Assembly: GCA_022601135.1 (NCBI GenBank)
Contig: JAHZJB010000043.1
Span: 20,075-84,074, forward strand
Direction: 5' to 3'
Source of the DNA: Actinomycetes bacterium
GTDB taxonomy: Bacteria; Actinomycetota; Actinomycetes; Mycobacteriales; Mycobacteriaceae
Length of the DNA: 64,000 nt
The notes beneath the pieces are model-generated. The model worked only from the letters and a program-made list of their open reading frames with translations, made no database searches and had not been told where the DNA came from. The position numbers were made by a program, and so were the translations under genes. Shown here piece after piece: positions 1-15,674 of this stretch (position 1 is the first letter of the stretch; each line of letters starts with the position of its first letter).

Positions 1-200
1 ACGAACCGACCAACAATCTCGATCCCGCTTCGCGGGAACAGGTCCTCGATGCGCTACGCAGCTACGTGGGCGCCGTGGTGCTGGTGACCCACGATCCGGG
101 GGCGGCGGAGGCGCTGGATCCGCAGCGGGTCGTGCTGTTGCCCGACGGCACCGAGGACTTCTGGTCTGACGACTACCGTGACCTCATCGAGCTTGCCTGA
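1..200 (+). CDS. 3' end of ABC-F family ATP-binding protein (Rv1473 orthologue), truncated by the window edge
   Basis: Reading from nt 3 gives EPTNNLDPASREQVLDALRSYVGAVVLVTHD...DLIELA*, i.e. the end of Walker B/D-loop and the H-switch of an ABC-F second domain. Syntenic with acnR-acn. Confidence 0.88.
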   Translation, partial: EPTNNLDPASREQVLDALRSYVGAVVLVTHDPGAAEALDPQRVVLLPDGTEDFWSDDYRDLIELA

Positions 201-203
201 CGT

Positions 204-767
204 CTACGGTTGCCGCACGGACGCCTCCACGAGGTCCAGCACCGCACTGAGCCGTCGTGGGTCGTCTCCGGATGCCAGCCGCGCCAGCAGGCCGTCCAAT
301 ACCAACTCGAGGTAGGTGCGGAGCACATCGGCGGGCACATCGTCACGCAGTCGCCCGGCCCGCTTCTGGCGTCGCAGGCGTTCGGTGGTGGCTGCCGATA
401 ACTCCGCCGAGCGCTCTGCCCAGCCCCGGCTGAAGGCGGGATCGTTGCGCAGTTTGCGCGCGATCTCCAAGCGAGTGGCCAGCCAGTCGAACTGATCTGG
501 GGCGGCCAGCATCTCACGCATCACCTGGATCAGGCCGTCCCGCGTCGCCACGCCGGCCATGCGTTCGGCGTCCTCCCGAGCCAGCTCGAAGAACAACGTG
601 TCCTTGTCCCGAAAGTGATGGAAGATGGCTCCGCGCGAAAGCCCAATGGTGTGTTCGAGGCGGCGAACGGTCGCCCTGTCGTAGCCGTGCTCGGCGAAAC
701 ACCGGCGGGCGCCGTCGAGGATCTGGCGACGACGCGCCGCCAGATGATCGTCGGTTACCCGCGGCAT
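204..767 (-). CDS. acnR: TetR-family repressor of aconitase (AcnR / Rv1474c orthologue)
   Basis: 187 aa with TetR HTH (RRQILDGARRCFAEHGYDRATVRRLE...GAIFHHF); lies 9 nt downstream of acn. Confidence 0.88.
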   Translation of the reverse strand: MPRVTDDHLAARRRQILDGARRCFAEHGYDRATVRRLEHTIGLSRGAIFHHFRDKDTLFFELAREDAERMAGVATRDGLIQVMREMLAAPDQFDWLATRLEIARKLRNDPAFSRGWAERSAELSAATTERLRRQKRAGRLRDDVPADVLRTYLELVLDGLLARLASGDDPRRLSAVLDLVEASVRQP

Positions 768-776
768 CTCACGCTG

Positions 777-4367
<3,591 letters not shown>

Positions 4368-4422
4368 CTCTTAGCACTTTTTGAGCAAATTGCAACATCA
4401 CCATTTGGTAACGCTGACAGCC

Positions 4423-4519
4423 AATTACATCTGTGTAATTTGTGACTGAAGTTTCCTTAGCGTCAGATGTGACGTACGGTACAAACAGTGCCTGTTGTTG
4501 CAGATGTTCTTAATGTGAC
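4423..4519 (+). promoter_or_regulatory. AT-rich ripA upstream control region (inverted repeat plus three TGTGAC copies, MtrA-box-like)
   Basis: AATTACA-tctg-TGTAATT at 4423-4440; TGTGAC (reverse complement of GTCACA) at 4441, 4468 and 4514. ripA is an established MtrA target. Confidence 0.5.
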
Positions 4520-4577
4520 TTCTGAGCTTGGGCGCCCGAGAATACGCCCACACGCTTTCGTGGAGCCTTAGGAGACT

Positions 4578-5996
4578 TTGAGTCCGATGAGACGCATCCC
4601 TGGCGGCGCCTCCGCTTCGCGGCTGTGCGCGGTATCCCTGACGTTCGGCATGGTGCTGACGACGCCCGGACTGGCGCAGGCCCAGCCCGCCAACCCAGAC
4701 GACCTGGCGACGCTGGTGACTGCGGTTGCCGACGTCAACCAGCAGTTGCAAGACCTCGGTGCCGCGATCCAGATCAAACAGGAGAGTGTGAACAAGGCGA
4801 TCCTCGACGTGAAGACCGCGCGGGACAACGCCGCAGCCGCCCAAGTGGAGGTCGAGGCCAGCGCCCAGCGGGTCAAGGACGCCAACACCGCGATCGCCGC
4901 CGCGCAACAACGCTTCGACACATTCGCCGCCGCGATGTACGTCAGCGGCCCGTCGAGTTCCTATCTCACTGCTGCGGATCCCGCGGACATCCTCAACACC
5001 GCAGCCACAGCTGAGACCCTGTCGGTCAGTGCTCAGCGTGTGATGGCCAACCTTCGGCGCGCCCGCACGGAGCAGATCAACAAGGAGTCCGCGGCCAGGC
5101 TGGCCAAGCAGCTCGCCGACGAGGCTGTCGAGGCCGCCGAGACCAGCCAGCAGAACGCGGTTTCGGCGCTGGCCGACGCCCAGGAAACCTTCCAGCGGCA
5201 GCAGGTCGAGCTCGATCGGCTCGCCGACGAGCGTAAGACGGCCCAGGCGAAGCTGGCAGCGGCGCGCCAGGTGGCCGTCGCTCCGCCCAGCGCCCCGGTG
5301 CAGACTCAGGCCGCAGTCGTGCCCGGCGGTGAGGCGGGTTCCCGCGACCCCAGCGCCGACTGGGACATCGACCCCACCACCGGCAACCGGGACACCGCCT
5401 GGGACATGACGCTGCCCCAGATTCCGAGCGCGTTCGTCAGTGGCGACCCGATTCAGATCATCAACGCGGTCATCAAGATCATCACGACGTCGCTGGAGAT
5501 CACCCAGAACCTGGGGCGCAAATTCCTGCAAAGCCTCGGGTTGCTGCCCACGGAGACCGGCATCACCAACGGCGCGATCCCGGCGGTGGTCGGGCCGCAG
5601 GCCACCGAGTTCGTGATCAAGCGCGGCATGTCGCAGTTGGGCGTGCCCTACTCCTGGGGCGGTGGCAATGCCGCCGGGCCCAGCCGCGGTATCGATTCCG
5701 GCGCGGGGACGGTCGGATTCGACTGCTCGGGGCTGATGCTCTACATGTTCGCCGGCATCGGCATCAAGCTCGACCACTATTCCGGATCGCAATACAACGC
5801 CGGTCGCAAGGTGCCGACGGCGCAGATGCGCCGAGGCGACATGCTTTTCTGGGGCCCCAACGGCAGCCAGCACGTCGCGATGTACCTGGGCAACGGGCAG
5901 ATGCTCGAGGCGCCCTACACCGGTTCGGTGGTCAAGATCTCGCCGGTGCGCACCAGCGGTATGACGCCGTATGCCGTCCGAATGGTCGAATGGTGA
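4578..5996 (+). CDS. ripA: NlpC/P60 peptidoglycan endopeptidase RipA
   Basis: Signal peptide, long coiled coil, C-terminal PYSWGGG...GFDCSGL...HVAMY...EAP. Alternative start ATG 4587. Confidence 0.95.
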   Translation: MSPMRRIPGGASASRLCAVSLTFGMVLTTPGLAQAQPANPDDLATLVTAVADVNQQLQDLGAAIQIKQESVNKAILDVKTARDNAAAAQVEVEASAQRVKDANTAIAAAQQRFDTFAAAMYVSGPSSSYLTAADPADILNTAATAETLSVSAQRVMANLRRARTEQINKESAARLAKQLADEAVEAAETSQQNAVSALADAQETFQRQQVELDRLADERKTAQAKLAAARQVAVAPPSAPVQTQAAVVPGGEAGSRDPSADWDIDPTTGNRDTAWDMTLPQIPSAFVSGDPIQIINAVIKIITTSLEITQNLGRKFLQSLGLLPTETGITNGAIPAVVGPQATEFVIKRGMSQLGVPYSWGGGNAAGPSRGIDSGAGTVGFDCSGLMLYMFAGIGIKLDHYSGSQYNAGRKVPTAQMRRGDMLFWGPNGSQHVAMYLGNGQMLEAPYTGSVVKISPVRTSGMTPYAVRMVEW

Positions 5997-6676
5997 CGGG
6001 TCTGCGTCGAACGTTTTTCTCGCTGATCGCAGCAGGATCGCTGTCGCTGGGCTTGGCGGCGCCGGTGTCCGCGGAGCCGGCCAACGGTCTGTGGGATCCG
6101 ACTCTGCCCAAGATTCTCAGCGCCGGGGCGCCGGGCGATCCGTTGTCCATGGCCAACGCATCACTGGCCGCGACGGCCCAGGCCACCAAGATCACCATGG
6201 ATCTCGGCCGAAAGTTCCTCAGCAGCCTGGGGTTCGGCCCACCGCTGGGCGTGGCTCCGGGGGTGGTGCGCGGCCCGGCGGCGATCGAGCATGTGATCCG
6301 CCGTGGCGGCTCGCAGATCGGTACGCCGTACTCGTGGGGTGGCGGGAAGCCCAACGGCCCCAGCCGCGGAATCGACTCCGGCGCCAATATCGTCGGGTAC
6401 GACTGCTCCGGCTTCACCCAATTCGCCTTCGCCGGCGTCGGCGTACTGATCCCGAAGTACTCCGGAGACCAGTACGACACCGGGCGTAAGGTTCCGACGA
6501 ATCAGGCCAAGCGTGGCGATCTGCTGTTCTGGGGCCCCGGGGGTAGCCAGCACGTGGCCATTTACCTCGGCGGGGGGAAGATGCTGGAGGCTTCCGGCAG
6601 CGCGGGCAAGGTTACCGTCAGCCCCGTGCGTTCTGCGGGTCTGCAGCCGTACGTGGCCCGCATCATCGAATCCTGA
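5990..6676 (+). CDS. ripB: NlpC/P60 peptidoglycan endopeptidase RipB
   Basis: Signal peptide, WDPTLPK, PYSWGGG, GYDCSGF, HVAIY; overlaps the ripA stop. Confidence 0.95.
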   Translation: MVTGLRRTFFSLIAAGSLSLGLAAPVSAEPANGLWDPTLPKILSAGAPGDPLSMANASLAATAQATKITMDLGRKFLSSLGFGPPLGVAPGVVRGPAAIEHVIRRGGSQIGTPYSWGGGKPNGPSRGIDSGANIVGYDCSGFTQFAFAGVGVLIPKYSGDQYDTGRKVPTNQAKRGDLLFWGPGGSQHVAIYLGGGKMLEASGSAGKVTVSPVRSAGLQPYVARIIES

Positions 6677-6852
6677 GTGTCCCCTGAGGCGGCCCCGGGT
6701 AGGACCGGTGAAATACCGGCACGCGACGCGGCGCACCTCGGGGCAACGTCGACGGATTTCCAAGCAACTGGAATAGTTGACGGCGAGCGCGCGGCCAGAA
6801 CGGGTCCGCGCCGTATTGACCAGCATGGCTTGCGCATGTGGAAGGAACGTTG

Positions 6853-8010
6853 ATGACCTCACCGAGTGGGCCGCCGCAAGGCGCTGGAGGATATTCCGGG
6901 ACCGCGCCGGGTTATGCCGCCGGTGCTCATGCCGCGCAGAGCGCCGCGCAATCGGGTTCTGCACTGTCCAACGGCAACCTGCAGCAGCAGGTGCATACCC
7001 TCGAGCGCGCGATCTTCGAGGTCAAACGGATCATCGTCGGCCAGGATCTGCTGGTCGAGCGGATGCTGGTCGGCCTGCTGGCCAGGGGCCACGTGCTGCT
7101 CGAGGGTGTGCCCGGGGTAGCCAAGACGCTGGCGGTGGAGACCCTTGCCAAAGTGGTCGGTGGAACGTTCGCCCGCATCCAGTTCACCCCCGACCTGGTG
7201 CCCACCGACATCGTCGGTACCCGCATCTACCGCGCAGGCAAGGAGGAGTTCGACATCGAACTCGGCCCGGTGGTCGTCAACTTCTTGCTCGCCGACGAGA
7301 TCAACCGCGCCCCCGCGAAGGTGCAGTCCGCCCTTCTTGAGGTGATGGCCGAGCGCAAGATCTCCATCGGCGGCAAGACTTTCCCGCTGCCCCGCCCGTT
7401 CCTGGTGATGGCCACCCAGAACCCCATCGAGCAGGAGGGCGTCTATCAGCTTCCGGAAGCACAGCGGGACCGCTTTTTGTTCAAGCTCAACGTCGACTAC
7501 CCCTCGCCCGAGGAGGAGCGCGAGATCATCTACCGGATGGGTGTGAAACCCCCGGAGGCCAAAGCGATCCTGACCACCCAGGACCTGCTGCACCTGCAGG
7601 ACGTCGCCGCGAACACCTTCGTCCACCATGCGCTGGTCGACTACGTCGTACGCATCGTGACCGCTACCCGTGAGCCCGAGAAGTTCGGGATGCCCGACGC
7701 GAGGCCCTGGATCGCGTATGGCGCGTCTCCGCGTGCGTCGCTGGGCATCATCGCCGCCGCCCGGGCGCTGGCTTTGGTGCGTGGCCGCGACTATGTGATC
7801 CCGCAGGATGTCGTCGAGGTCATTCCCGACGTGCTGCGCCATCGTCTGGTGCTGACCTACGATGCGCTCGCCGACGAGATCTCCAGTGAGACGGTGGTAA
7901 ACCGTATCCTGCAGACCGTCGCGTTGCCTCAAGTGAATGCGATTCCGCAGCAAGGCCATTCGGTTGCGCCCGCGGTCCCGGCCGCTGCGGCCGCGGCCGG
8001 TGGTCGCTGA
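6853..8010 (+). CDS. moxR1: MoxR-family AAA+ ATPase MoxR1
   Basis: Walker A GVPGVAKT, RIQFTPDLVPTD, LLADEINRAPAKVQSALLE, MATQNPIEQEG. Confidence 0.95.
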   Translation: MTSPSGPPQGAGGYSGTAPGYAAGAHAAQSAAQSGSALSNGNLQQQVHTLERAIFEVKRIIVGQDLLVERMLVGLLARGHVLLEGVPGVAKTLAVETLAKVVGGTFARIQFTPDLVPTDIVGTRIYRAGKEEFDIELGPVVVNFLLADEINRAPAKVQSALLEVMAERKISIGGKTFPLPRPFLVMATQNPIEQEGVYQLPEAQRDRFLFKLNVDYPSPEEEREIIYRMGVKPPEAKAILTTQDLLHLQDVAANTFVHHALVDYVVRIVTATREPEKFGMPDARPWIAYGASPRASLGIIAAARALALVRGRDYVIPQDVVEVIPDVLRHRLVLTYDALADEISSETVVNRILQTVALPQVNAIPQQGHSVAPAVPAAAAAAGGR

Positions 8011-8032
8011 CCAGACCAACTGGCTCATCGAA

Positions 8033-9004
8033 GTGACTTCATCCTCAGGCTCACCAGGCGCGCAACGGTCCGGCCGCACAGCCGATCTGCCCTCGATGAA
8101 GCGCGGGGAGATCCGTGACCCGGCGCTGACGGCCGCGCTGCGCAAGCTCGAATTGACGGTCCGGCGCAAGCTCGACGGGGTGCTGCACGGTGACCACCTC
8201 GGGCTGCTGCCCGGGCCGGGTTCCGAACCGGGGGAGTCGCGGATCTACCAGCCCGGTGACGACGTGCGTCGGATGGACTGGTCGGTCACCGCTCGTACCA
8301 CCCATCCCCACGTCCGGCAGATGATCGCCGACCGGGAGTTGGAGACCTGGCTGGTGGTCGACATATCGGCCAGCCTCGACTTCGGCACCGCCGGCTGCGA
8401 GAAACGTGATCTCGCGGTGGCCGCCGCGGCGTCGATCGCCTTCCTCAACAGCGGTGGTGGCAACCGGATCGGCGCGATCATCTCCAACGGGGACACCACG
8501 CGCCGGGTGCCGGCGTTGTCGGGCCGGCTGCACGAACAGGAGCTGCTCCGTGCCATCGCCACCACCCCGCGGGCGCCGGTGGGGGTCCGCGGCGACCTCG
8601 CCGCGGCGATCGATGGGCTGCGCAGGCCCGAGCGGCGCCGCGGCATGGCGGTGATCATCAGCGACTTTCTGGGGCCGATCAATTGGATGCGCCCGCTGCG
8701 GGCCATCGCCGGGCGGCACGAGGTGCTCGGCATCGAGATCCTCGATCCCCGGGATGTCGAGTTGCCCGCCGTCGGCGACGTCGTCCTACAGGACACCGAG
8801 ACGGGTCGTACCCGCGAGTTCACCATCGACGAGCAACTTCGCACCGACTTCGAGAAGGCGGCCGCCGCACACCGGGCCGAGGTGGCGCGCACGCTGCGTC
8901 GCTGCGATGCGCCGCTGCTGAGTCTGCGTACCGATCGTGACTGGATCGCCGACGTTGTCCGGTTCGTCGCGAGCCGGCGTCGTAGCGCCCTGGCCGGACG
9001 GTGA
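8033..9004 (+). CDS. DUF58 domain protein (Rv1480 orthologue)
   Basis: [39 protein letters not shown]; member of the moxR operon. Confidence 0.9.
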   Translation: MTSSSGSPGAQRSGRTADLPSMKRGEIRDPALTAALRKLELTVRRKLDGVLHGDHLGLLPGPGSEPGESRIYQPGDDVRRMDWSVTARTTHPHVRQMIADRELETWLVVDISASLDFGTAGCEKRDLAVAAAASIAFLNSGGGNRIGAIISNGDTTRRVPALSGRLHEQELLRAIATTPRAPVGVRGDLAAAIDGLRRPERRRGMAVIISDFLGPINWMRPLRAIAGRHEVLGIEILDPRDVELPAVGDVVLQDTETGRTREFTIDEQLRTDFEKAAAAHRAEVARTLRRCDAPLLSLRTDRDWIADVVRFVASRRRSALAGR

Positions 9005-9011
9005 TGAGCAC

Positions 9012-10019
9012 ATGAACGTACCCCTGCTCGGGCCGATGTCACTGACGGGCTTCAAATACCCGTGGTTCTTCCTCTTCCTGGTGGTTGTCCTCGGCCTGAT
9101 CGGGCTCTACATCGTCGTGCAGTTGGCCCGCCATAAGCGGATTCTGCGCTTTGCGAACATGGAGCTGCTGGAAAGCGTGGCCCCGGCCCGGCCCAGCCGG
9201 TGGCGTCACCTTCCCGCCACCCTGCTGGTCCTGTCGATGGTGCTGTTCACCATCGCCATGGCGGGTCCGACGAACGACGTCCGGATCCCCCGTAACCGCG
9301 CCGTGGTGATGCTGGTGATGGATGTGTCGCAGTCCATGCGCGCGACCGACGTCGCCCCGAACCGGCTGGCGGCCGCCCAGGAAGCCGCCAAGCAGTTCGC
9401 CGATCAGCTCACGCCCGGCATCAATCTGGGTCTGATCGCGTATGCCGGAACCGCCACCGTGCTGGTCTCACCGACCACGAACCGGGAGGCGACCAAGAAT
9501 GCGATCGGCAAGCTGCAGCTCGCCGATCGAACGGCCACCGGCGAGGGCATCTTCACCGCCCTGCAGGCCGTTGCGACGGTCGGAGCGGTGATCGGTGGTG
9601 GCGACGAGCCGCCGCCGGCGCGCATCGTGTTGATGTCAGACGGCAAGGAGACCGTCCCGTCCAATCCGGACAACCCCAAGGGCGCTTTCACCGCCGCGCG
9701 GACGGCCAAAGACCAGGGTGTGCCCATCTCGACGGTGTCGTTCGGAACGCCTTACGGATACGTCGAGATCAACGACCAGAGGCAACCGGTCCCGGTCGAC
9801 GACGAGATGCTCAAGCAGATCGCCGATCTATCCGGCGGCAACGCGTTCACCGCCTCCAGCCTCGAGCAGCTCAAGCAGGTTTTCACCAACCTGCAGGAAC
9901 AGATCGGCTACGAGACCATCAAGGGTGACGCCAGCGTGGGCTGGCTACGGCTGGGCGCGCTGGTGCTCGCCGTCGCCGCGCTCGGAGCCCTGTTGATCAA
10001 CCGACGCCTGCCCAACTGA
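9012..10019 (+). CDS. VWA domain membrane protein (Rv1481 orthologue, BatA-like)
   Basis: N-terminal [21 protein letters not shown]-terminal TM. Confidence 0.92.
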   Translation: MNVPLLGPMSLTGFKYPWFFLFLVVVLGLIGLYIVVQLARHKRILRFANMELLESVAPARPSRWRHLPATLLVLSMVLFTIAMAGPTNDVRIPRNRAVVMLVMDVSQSMRATDVAPNRLAAAQEAAKQFADQLTPGINLGLIAYAGTATVLVSPTTNREATKNAIGKLQLADRTATGEGIFTALQAVATVGAVIGGGDEPPPARIVLMSDGKETVPSNPDNPKGAFTAARTAKDQGVPISTVSFGTPYGYVEINDQRQPVPVDDEMLKQIADLSGGNAFTASSLEQLKQVFTNLQEQIGYETIKGDASVGWLRLGALVLAVAALGALLINRRLPN

Positions 10020-10054
10020 ACACGCACGAGGGCGACTGCGGACCCGAATGGGTG

Positions 10055-10841
<787 letters not shown>

Positions 10842-10865
10842 ATGAAGAGATAAGGACGTTTCACT

Positions 10866-11672
10866 GTGACATTTCTCGAAGGAAAGCGCATCCTCGTCAC
10901 GGGGATCATCACCGATTCGTCGATTGCGTTCCACATCGCCAGGGTCGCCCAGGAGGCCGGCGCCGAGCTGGTGCTCACCGGTTACGACCGGATGAAGTTG
11001 ATCCAGCGCATTGCCGACCGGTTGCCCCACCCGGCTCCGCTGCTGGAACTCGACGTGCAGAACGACGAGCACCTGGCGAGCCTTGCCGGCCGGGTCGGCG
11101 AGGTGATCGGTGCCGGCAACAAGCTCGATGGTGTAGTGCACTCAATCGGCTTCATGCCACAGACCGGCATGGGTATCAACCCGTTCTTCGAGGCGCCCTA
11201 CGAGGACGTCGCCAAGGGCATCCACATCTCGGCGTTCTCGTATGCTTCGCTGGCCAAAGCGGTGCTGCCCATCATGAATCCCGGTGGTGGCATCGTGGGC
11301 ATGGACTTCGATCCGACGCGCGCCATGCCGGCCTACAACTGGATGACGGTAGCCAAGAGCGCATTGGAATCGGTCAACCGGTTCGTCGCGCGCGAGGCTG
11401 GGAAGGTCGGGGTGCGGTCCAATCTGGTTGCGGCAGGACCTATTCGCACGCTCGCGATGAGCGCGATCGTCGGGGGCGCGCTGGGTGATGAGGCCGGCGC
11501 GCAGATGCAGTTGCTCGAGGAGGGCTGGGATCAACGTGCGCCACTCGGCTGGGACATGAAGGACCCGACCCCGGTGGCGAAGACGGTCTGCGCGCTGCTG
11601 TCCGACTGGCTTCCGGCGACGACGGGCACCATCATCTACGCCGATGGCGGGGCGAGCACACAGCTCCTCTGA
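10866..11672 (+). CDS. inhA: NADH-dependent enoyl-ACP reductase InhA
   Basis: [55 protein letters not shown]. Confidence 0.98.
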   Translation: MTFLEGKRILVTGIITDSSIAFHIARVAQEAGAELVLTGYDRMKLIQRIADRLPHPAPLLELDVQNDEHLASLAGRVGEVIGAGNKLDGVVHSIGFMPQTGMGINPFFEAPYEDVAKGIHISAFSYASLAKAVLPIMNPGGGIVGMDFDPTRAMPAYNWMTVAKSALESVNRFVAREAGKVGVRSNLVAAGPIRTLAMSAIVGGALGDEAGAQMQLLEEGWDQRAPLGWDMKDPTPVAKTVCALLSDWLPATTGTIIYADGGASTQLL

Positions 11673-12703
11673 TGACCCAACCACACATCGACGCACTGAT
11701 GGTGTTGTCGTTCGGTGGCCCGGAGGGCGCCGAACAGGTAATGCCCTTTCTCGAGAACGTCACTCGCGGCCGGGGAATCCCCCCTGAGCGCCTGGCGGCC
11801 GTCGCGGAGCACTACCTGCACTTCGGTGGGGTGTCTCCCATCAACGGCATCAACCGCGACCTGATCGGCGCGATTGAGGCCGAACTGGCGCGCCGGGGAA
11901 TGCAACTGCCCGTCTACTTCGGGAACCGTAACTGGGAACCCTACGTCGAGGATGCGGTGGCGCAGATGCGGGACAACGGGGTCCGACGCGCTGCCGTTTT
12001 CTCGACATCGGCCTGGGGTGGCTACTCCGGCTGTACCCAGTATCAGGAAGACATCAAACGTGGCCGGGCGGCCGCCGGCCCCCACGCGCCGGAGCTGACC
12101 AAACTGAGGCAGTACTTCGATCACCCGCTGCTGGTGGAAATGTTCGCCGACGCCATCAATGCGGCGGGCGCGACGCTACCCGAATCGGTGCGCGACAACG
12201 CCCGGTTGGTGTTCACAGCGCATTCCATCCCGATACGTGCCACCGCACGATGCGGCCCGGACCTCTATCAACGCCAGGTCGCACGCACCTCCGCGCTGGT
12301 AGCTGCCGCTGCGGGCTACGGCGCATACGATCAGGTGTGGCAGTCGCGTTCGGGCCCGCCGCACGTGCCGTGGCTGGAGCCCGACGTCGGCGATCATCTG
12401 GCAGCGCTGTCTCGGGAGGGCACCGAGGCGGTGATCGTCTGCCCGGTGGGATTCGTTGCCGACCACATTGAGGTGGTCTGGGATCTCGACACCGAATTGG
12501 CGGAGCAGGCCGCCGACGCGGGGATCGCGTTCGCGCGGGCGTCGACTCCCAACGCGCAGCCCCGCTTCGCCCAACTGGTCGTCGGCCTGCTCGACGAGCT
12601 GCGCCTCGGCCTTCCGGCGGCCCGGGCGCAGGGAGACGGTACGGTGCCGGGGTATGGCTGTACGGTCAACGGCGAACTGTGCACTCCGGCTTGCTCCAGC
12701 TAA
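11672..12703 (+). CDS. hemH: Ferrochelatase (coproporphyrin ferrochelatase HemH/HemZ)
   Basis: [54 protein letters not shown]-terminal Cys cluster; TGATG-coupled to inhA. Confidence 0.96.
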   Translation: MTQPHIDALMVLSFGGPEGAEQVMPFLENVTRGRGIPPERLAAVAEHYLHFGGVSPINGINRDLIGAIEAELARRGMQLPVYFGNRNWEPYVEDAVAQMRDNGVRRAAVFSTSAWGGYSGCTQYQEDIKRGRAAAGPHAPELTKLRQYFDHPLLVEMFADAINAAGATLPESVRDNARLVFTAHSIPIRATARCGPDLYQRQVARTSALVAAAAGYGAYDQVWQSRSGPPHVPWLEPDVGDHLAALSREGTEAVIVCPVGFVADHIEVVWDLDTELAEQAADAGIAFARASTPNAQPRFAQLVVGLLDELRLGLPAARAQGDGTVPGYGCTVNGELCTPACSS

Positions 12704-12706
12704 AAG

Positions 12707-13570
12707 CTAACCGCGCCAAGCAGATTGCAGAATCGATCCCACCGCGGCGAGTCGCGCCGAACGAACCACCGAGGTGAGCGGGCGCAGCGCGTCACTGGCG
12801 AGTTGAACCTGCGAAGAGCTCTGCAAGCCACTCGGGATGAGCCCGGAACTGACGGTGATGATGGCGTCGACGTGTGCGGCGTTCTCAAGGACTCGCACCG
12901 CTCGCGACGGCGCATGGTCGGGGATTCGATGCGCCTGGGTGGATTCGAGCACCTGCTCGACCACCCTGCGCGGATCGGCGAACTCAGCTCCGGAGCCACT
13001 TGCGCGCAGTGCTCCGAGGGCATCGGCGGCGGCCCGTACCGCGTCGCGGAGCGCGTACTCGGCCTCGCCGAGATCGAGATGCACCGGCACCGGTCCGGTG
13101 GGCAGCGAATACACCGTCCACGACAATGCACACAGGTCAGGCTCGAACTCGAACTCGGCATCGCCGTTGCCGGCGGGGGAGTCCGGGTACTCGAGGTCGG
13201 GGACCAGCCCGATCGCATTCTCGGGTTGCCCCACCACGATCGCCTCGCCCGAGGCCACGGCGTCTCTGGCGAATTGCGTACCCGGGGGCAACCCCCGCAC
13301 GTCTCCGGGAACCGGGAGCGCCAGCATGATTGCGGGTGGGGCTGCGGCCGGCCGGGCTGCGGCACGCATGGTCTGCAGCAGCGAAACCGCGCCGACGTCA
13401 TCGAGATCAGGCCAGGGCAACCCGGTGCGTTCGGCCGCGACCGAATCATACGCGGCGACGGAATGTCTTGGAGTCCATTGGGTTAACGCATCCAGGACGT
13501 CATCGGGCGCGGCGGCGCCGGCGAGCCAGGCATTGGCCCAAATCGACAGCGAGACACTGGGGCACCACAT
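12707..13570 (-). CDS. Conserved hypothetical protein (Rv1486c orthologue)
   Basis: [30 protein letters not shown]-terminus; TACACT -10 shortly upstream (leaderless); syntenic position. Confidence 0.85.
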   Translation of the reverse strand: MWCPSVSLSIWANAWLAGAAAPDDVLDALTQWTPRHSVAAYDSVAAERTGLPWPDLDDVGAVSLLQTMRAAARPAAAPPAIMLALPVPGDVRGLPPGTQFARDAVASGEAIVVGQPENAIGLVPDLEYPDSPAGNGDAEFEFEPDLCALSWTVYSLPTGPVPVHLDLGEAEYALRDAVRAAADALGALRASGSGAEFADPRRVVEQVLESTQAHRIPDHAPSRAVRVLENAAHVDAIITVSSGLIPSGLQSSSQVQLASDALRPLTSVVRSARLAAVGSILQSAWRG

Positions 13571-13642
13571 GATGCTGGCAGTGTAGTTGTTGACTCTGGT
13601 TCTCACCTGCTGGCGCGGCCGGTTGCACGCTAGGCTCGGGTC

Positions 13643-14077
13643 ATGCCCGTTCCCTTGATCTGGCTGATCGCCGCATTGGCGCTGGCCGGTGCCGAGGCCC
13701 TCACCGGTGACCTGTTCCTGCTGATGCTCAGCGGCGGGGCATTGGCCGCGGCCGGCTCGAGCTGGCTTCTCGATTGGCCGATCTGGGCCGACGGCTTGGT
13801 GTTCCTGCTGGTTTCGATCCTGCTGCTGGTGGGTGTGCGCCCCGCGCTGCGGCGGCGGATGCAATCGGGCAAGGGTCTGCTCGAGCCGGCCAAGGCGCTG
13901 GAAGGCAAGAGCGCACTGGTTCTGGATCGGGTTGCGCGCCATGAAGGTCAGGTCAAGCTCGACGGCGAAGTGTGGTCGGCGCGGCCGTACAACGAGAACG
14001 ATGTCTACCAAGCCGGCGATCAGGTGACCGTTGTTCACATCGACGGAGCCACCGCGGTCGTCGCCAAGGTCATCTAG
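13643..14077 (+). CDS. NfeD-family membrane protein (Rv1487 orthologue)
   Basis: Hydrophobic N-terminus plus OB-fold ([24 protein letters not shown]); partner of the downstream SPFH gene. Confidence 0.92.
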   Translation: MPVPLIWLIAALALAGAEALTGDLFLLMLSGGALAAAGSSWLLDWPIWADGLVFLLVSILLLVGVRPALRRRMQSGKGLLEPAKALEGKSALVLDRVARHEGQVKLDGEVWSARPYNENDVYQAGDQVTVVHIDGATAVVAKVI

Positions 14078-14091
14078 GAAAGGAGTTCGTC

Positions 14092-15315
14092 GTGGATGGT
14101 GCTGTTGCAGGGTTGGTCCTACTGGTCGCATTGGTGCTGTTCGCCGTCATCGTGGTGGCCAAGTCGGTGGCTTTGGTGCCACAGGCCGAGGCGGCGGTGA
14201 TCGAGCGGCTGGGCCGCTACAGCAAGACGGTGTCCGGCCAGCTCACGTTGCTCCTGCCGTTCATTGACAAGATCAGGGCGCGGGTCGATCTCCGTGAGCG
14301 CGTGGTGTCGTTCCCGCCCCAGCCGGTGATCACCGAGGACAACCTCACGGTGAACATCGATACCGTCGTCTATTTCCAGGTCACCAACCCACAAGCGGCG
14401 GTGTACCAGATCAGCAACTACATCGTCGGCGTCGAGCAGTTGACCACCACCACGCTGCGCAACGTGGTGGGCGGTATGACGCTCGAGGAGACGCTGACGT
14501 CGCGCGACTCCATCAACGGCCAGCTGCGCGGTGTGCTCGATGAGGCCACCAATCGCTGGGGCCTTCGGGTGGCGCGGGTGGAGCTGCGCAGCATCGACCC
14601 GCCGCCCTCGATCCAGGACTCGATGGAGAAACAGATGCGCGCCGACCGGGAGAAACGGGCGATGATCCTGACCGCCGAGGGTCACCGGGAAGCGTCGATC
14701 AAGCAGGCGGAAGGTCAGAAGCAGTCCCAGATTCTGGCCGCCGAAGGCGCCAAGCAGGCGGCCATCCTCAGCGCCGAAGCCGACCGCCAGTCCCGGATGC
14801 TGCGCGCCCAGGGCGAGCGCGCGGCCTCCTACCTGCAGGCCCAGGGTGAGGCCAAGGCGATCGAGAAGACGTTCGCTGCGATCAAGGCCGGCCGCCCGAC
14901 CCCGGAGATGCTGGCCTACCAGTATCTGCAGACGCTGCCGCAGATGGCCAAGGGGGAGGCGAACAAGGTCTGGCTGGTACCCAGCGATTTCGGTGGAGCC
15001 CTGCAGGGCTTTGCCAAGATGCTGGGGGCGCCGGGTGAGGACGGGGTGTTCCGCTACACGCCCACGCCGGTGGACGAGAACCTGCCGAAGCCCGAGGATG
15101 ACTCGGCCGAGGTCGCCGAGTGGTTCAACACCCAGACCGATCCGGAGATCGCCCAGGCCGTTGCTCAGGCGGTGGCTGAGGCACGCGCCCCTGTTGCGGG
15201 GTCACTTGACAGCAGGCCGGAGTATCCGCCGTTGTCCCAGCAATCCAAGCCGGCTGCGAAGGATTACCCACAGCCGCAGCCTTCGACACCGCGCCACGGC
15301 GCCACCGAGAAATGA
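14092..15315 (+). CDS. SPFH/stomatin (band 7) protein (Rv1488 orthologue)
   Basis: N-terminal [40 protein letters not shown]; AGGAG RBS before GTG 14092. Confidence 0.94.
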   Translation: MDGAVAGLVLLVALVLFAVIVVAKSVALVPQAEAAVIERLGRYSKTVSGQLTLLLPFIDKIRARVDLRERVVSFPPQPVITEDNLTVNIDTVVYFQVTNPQAAVYQISNYIVGVEQLTTTTLRNVVGGMTLEETLTSRDSINGQLRGVLDEATNRWGLRVARVELRSIDPPPSIQDSMEKQMRADREKRAMILTAEGHREASIKQAEGQKQSQILAAEGAKQAAILSAEADRQSRMLRAQGERAASYLQAQGEAKAIEKTFAAIKAGRPTPEMLAYQYLQTLPQMAKGEANKVWLVPSDFGGALQGFAKMLGAPGEDGVFRYTPTPVDENLPKPEDDSAEVAEWFNTQTDPEIAQAVAQAVAEARAPVAGSLDSRPEYPPLSQQSKPAAKDYPQPQPSTPRHGATEK

Positions 15316-15674
15316 CCGCGCTCACGTCGCCGAAGACGTACGCCCTACTGGCCGCGTTCCAGGCCGGGGATGCAGTCGCCTGCGCGATCCCGGTGGAACC
15401 GATCTCGCAGTCGCTCGATGCTGTGGGCCTTGATCCGCGGCTGCGGCCGGTGCTTCCGATCGTCAAGGCCGCTTCCGCGGTCGGCCTGGCGTCGGCGTAC
15501 CGCTTCCCGGCGCTGGCCCGGCTGACGACGTTCATGCTGACTGTGTATTTCGTTTTGGCCGTAGGGTTTCACGTCCGGGCCAAGGACTGGAGCCCGGGTC
15601 TGCTGGCCGCGTCGTCGTTGTTGGTGCTCTTCGGGACGATGACCGCGAAAGGGCCTGCGGTCAGCCGGCGGTGA
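15312..15674 (+). CDS. DoxX-like membrane protein (Rv1489 orthologue)
   Basis: LAAFQAGDAVACAIP...VKAASAVGL...YFVLAVGFHVRAKD; ATGA overlap with the SPFH gene. Confidence 0.85.
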   Translation: MTALTSPKTYALLAAFQAGDAVACAIPVEPISQSLDAVGLDPRLRPVLPIVKAASAVGLASAYRFPALARLTTFMLTVYFVLAVGFHVRAKDWSPGLLAASSLLVLFGTMTAKGPAVSRR

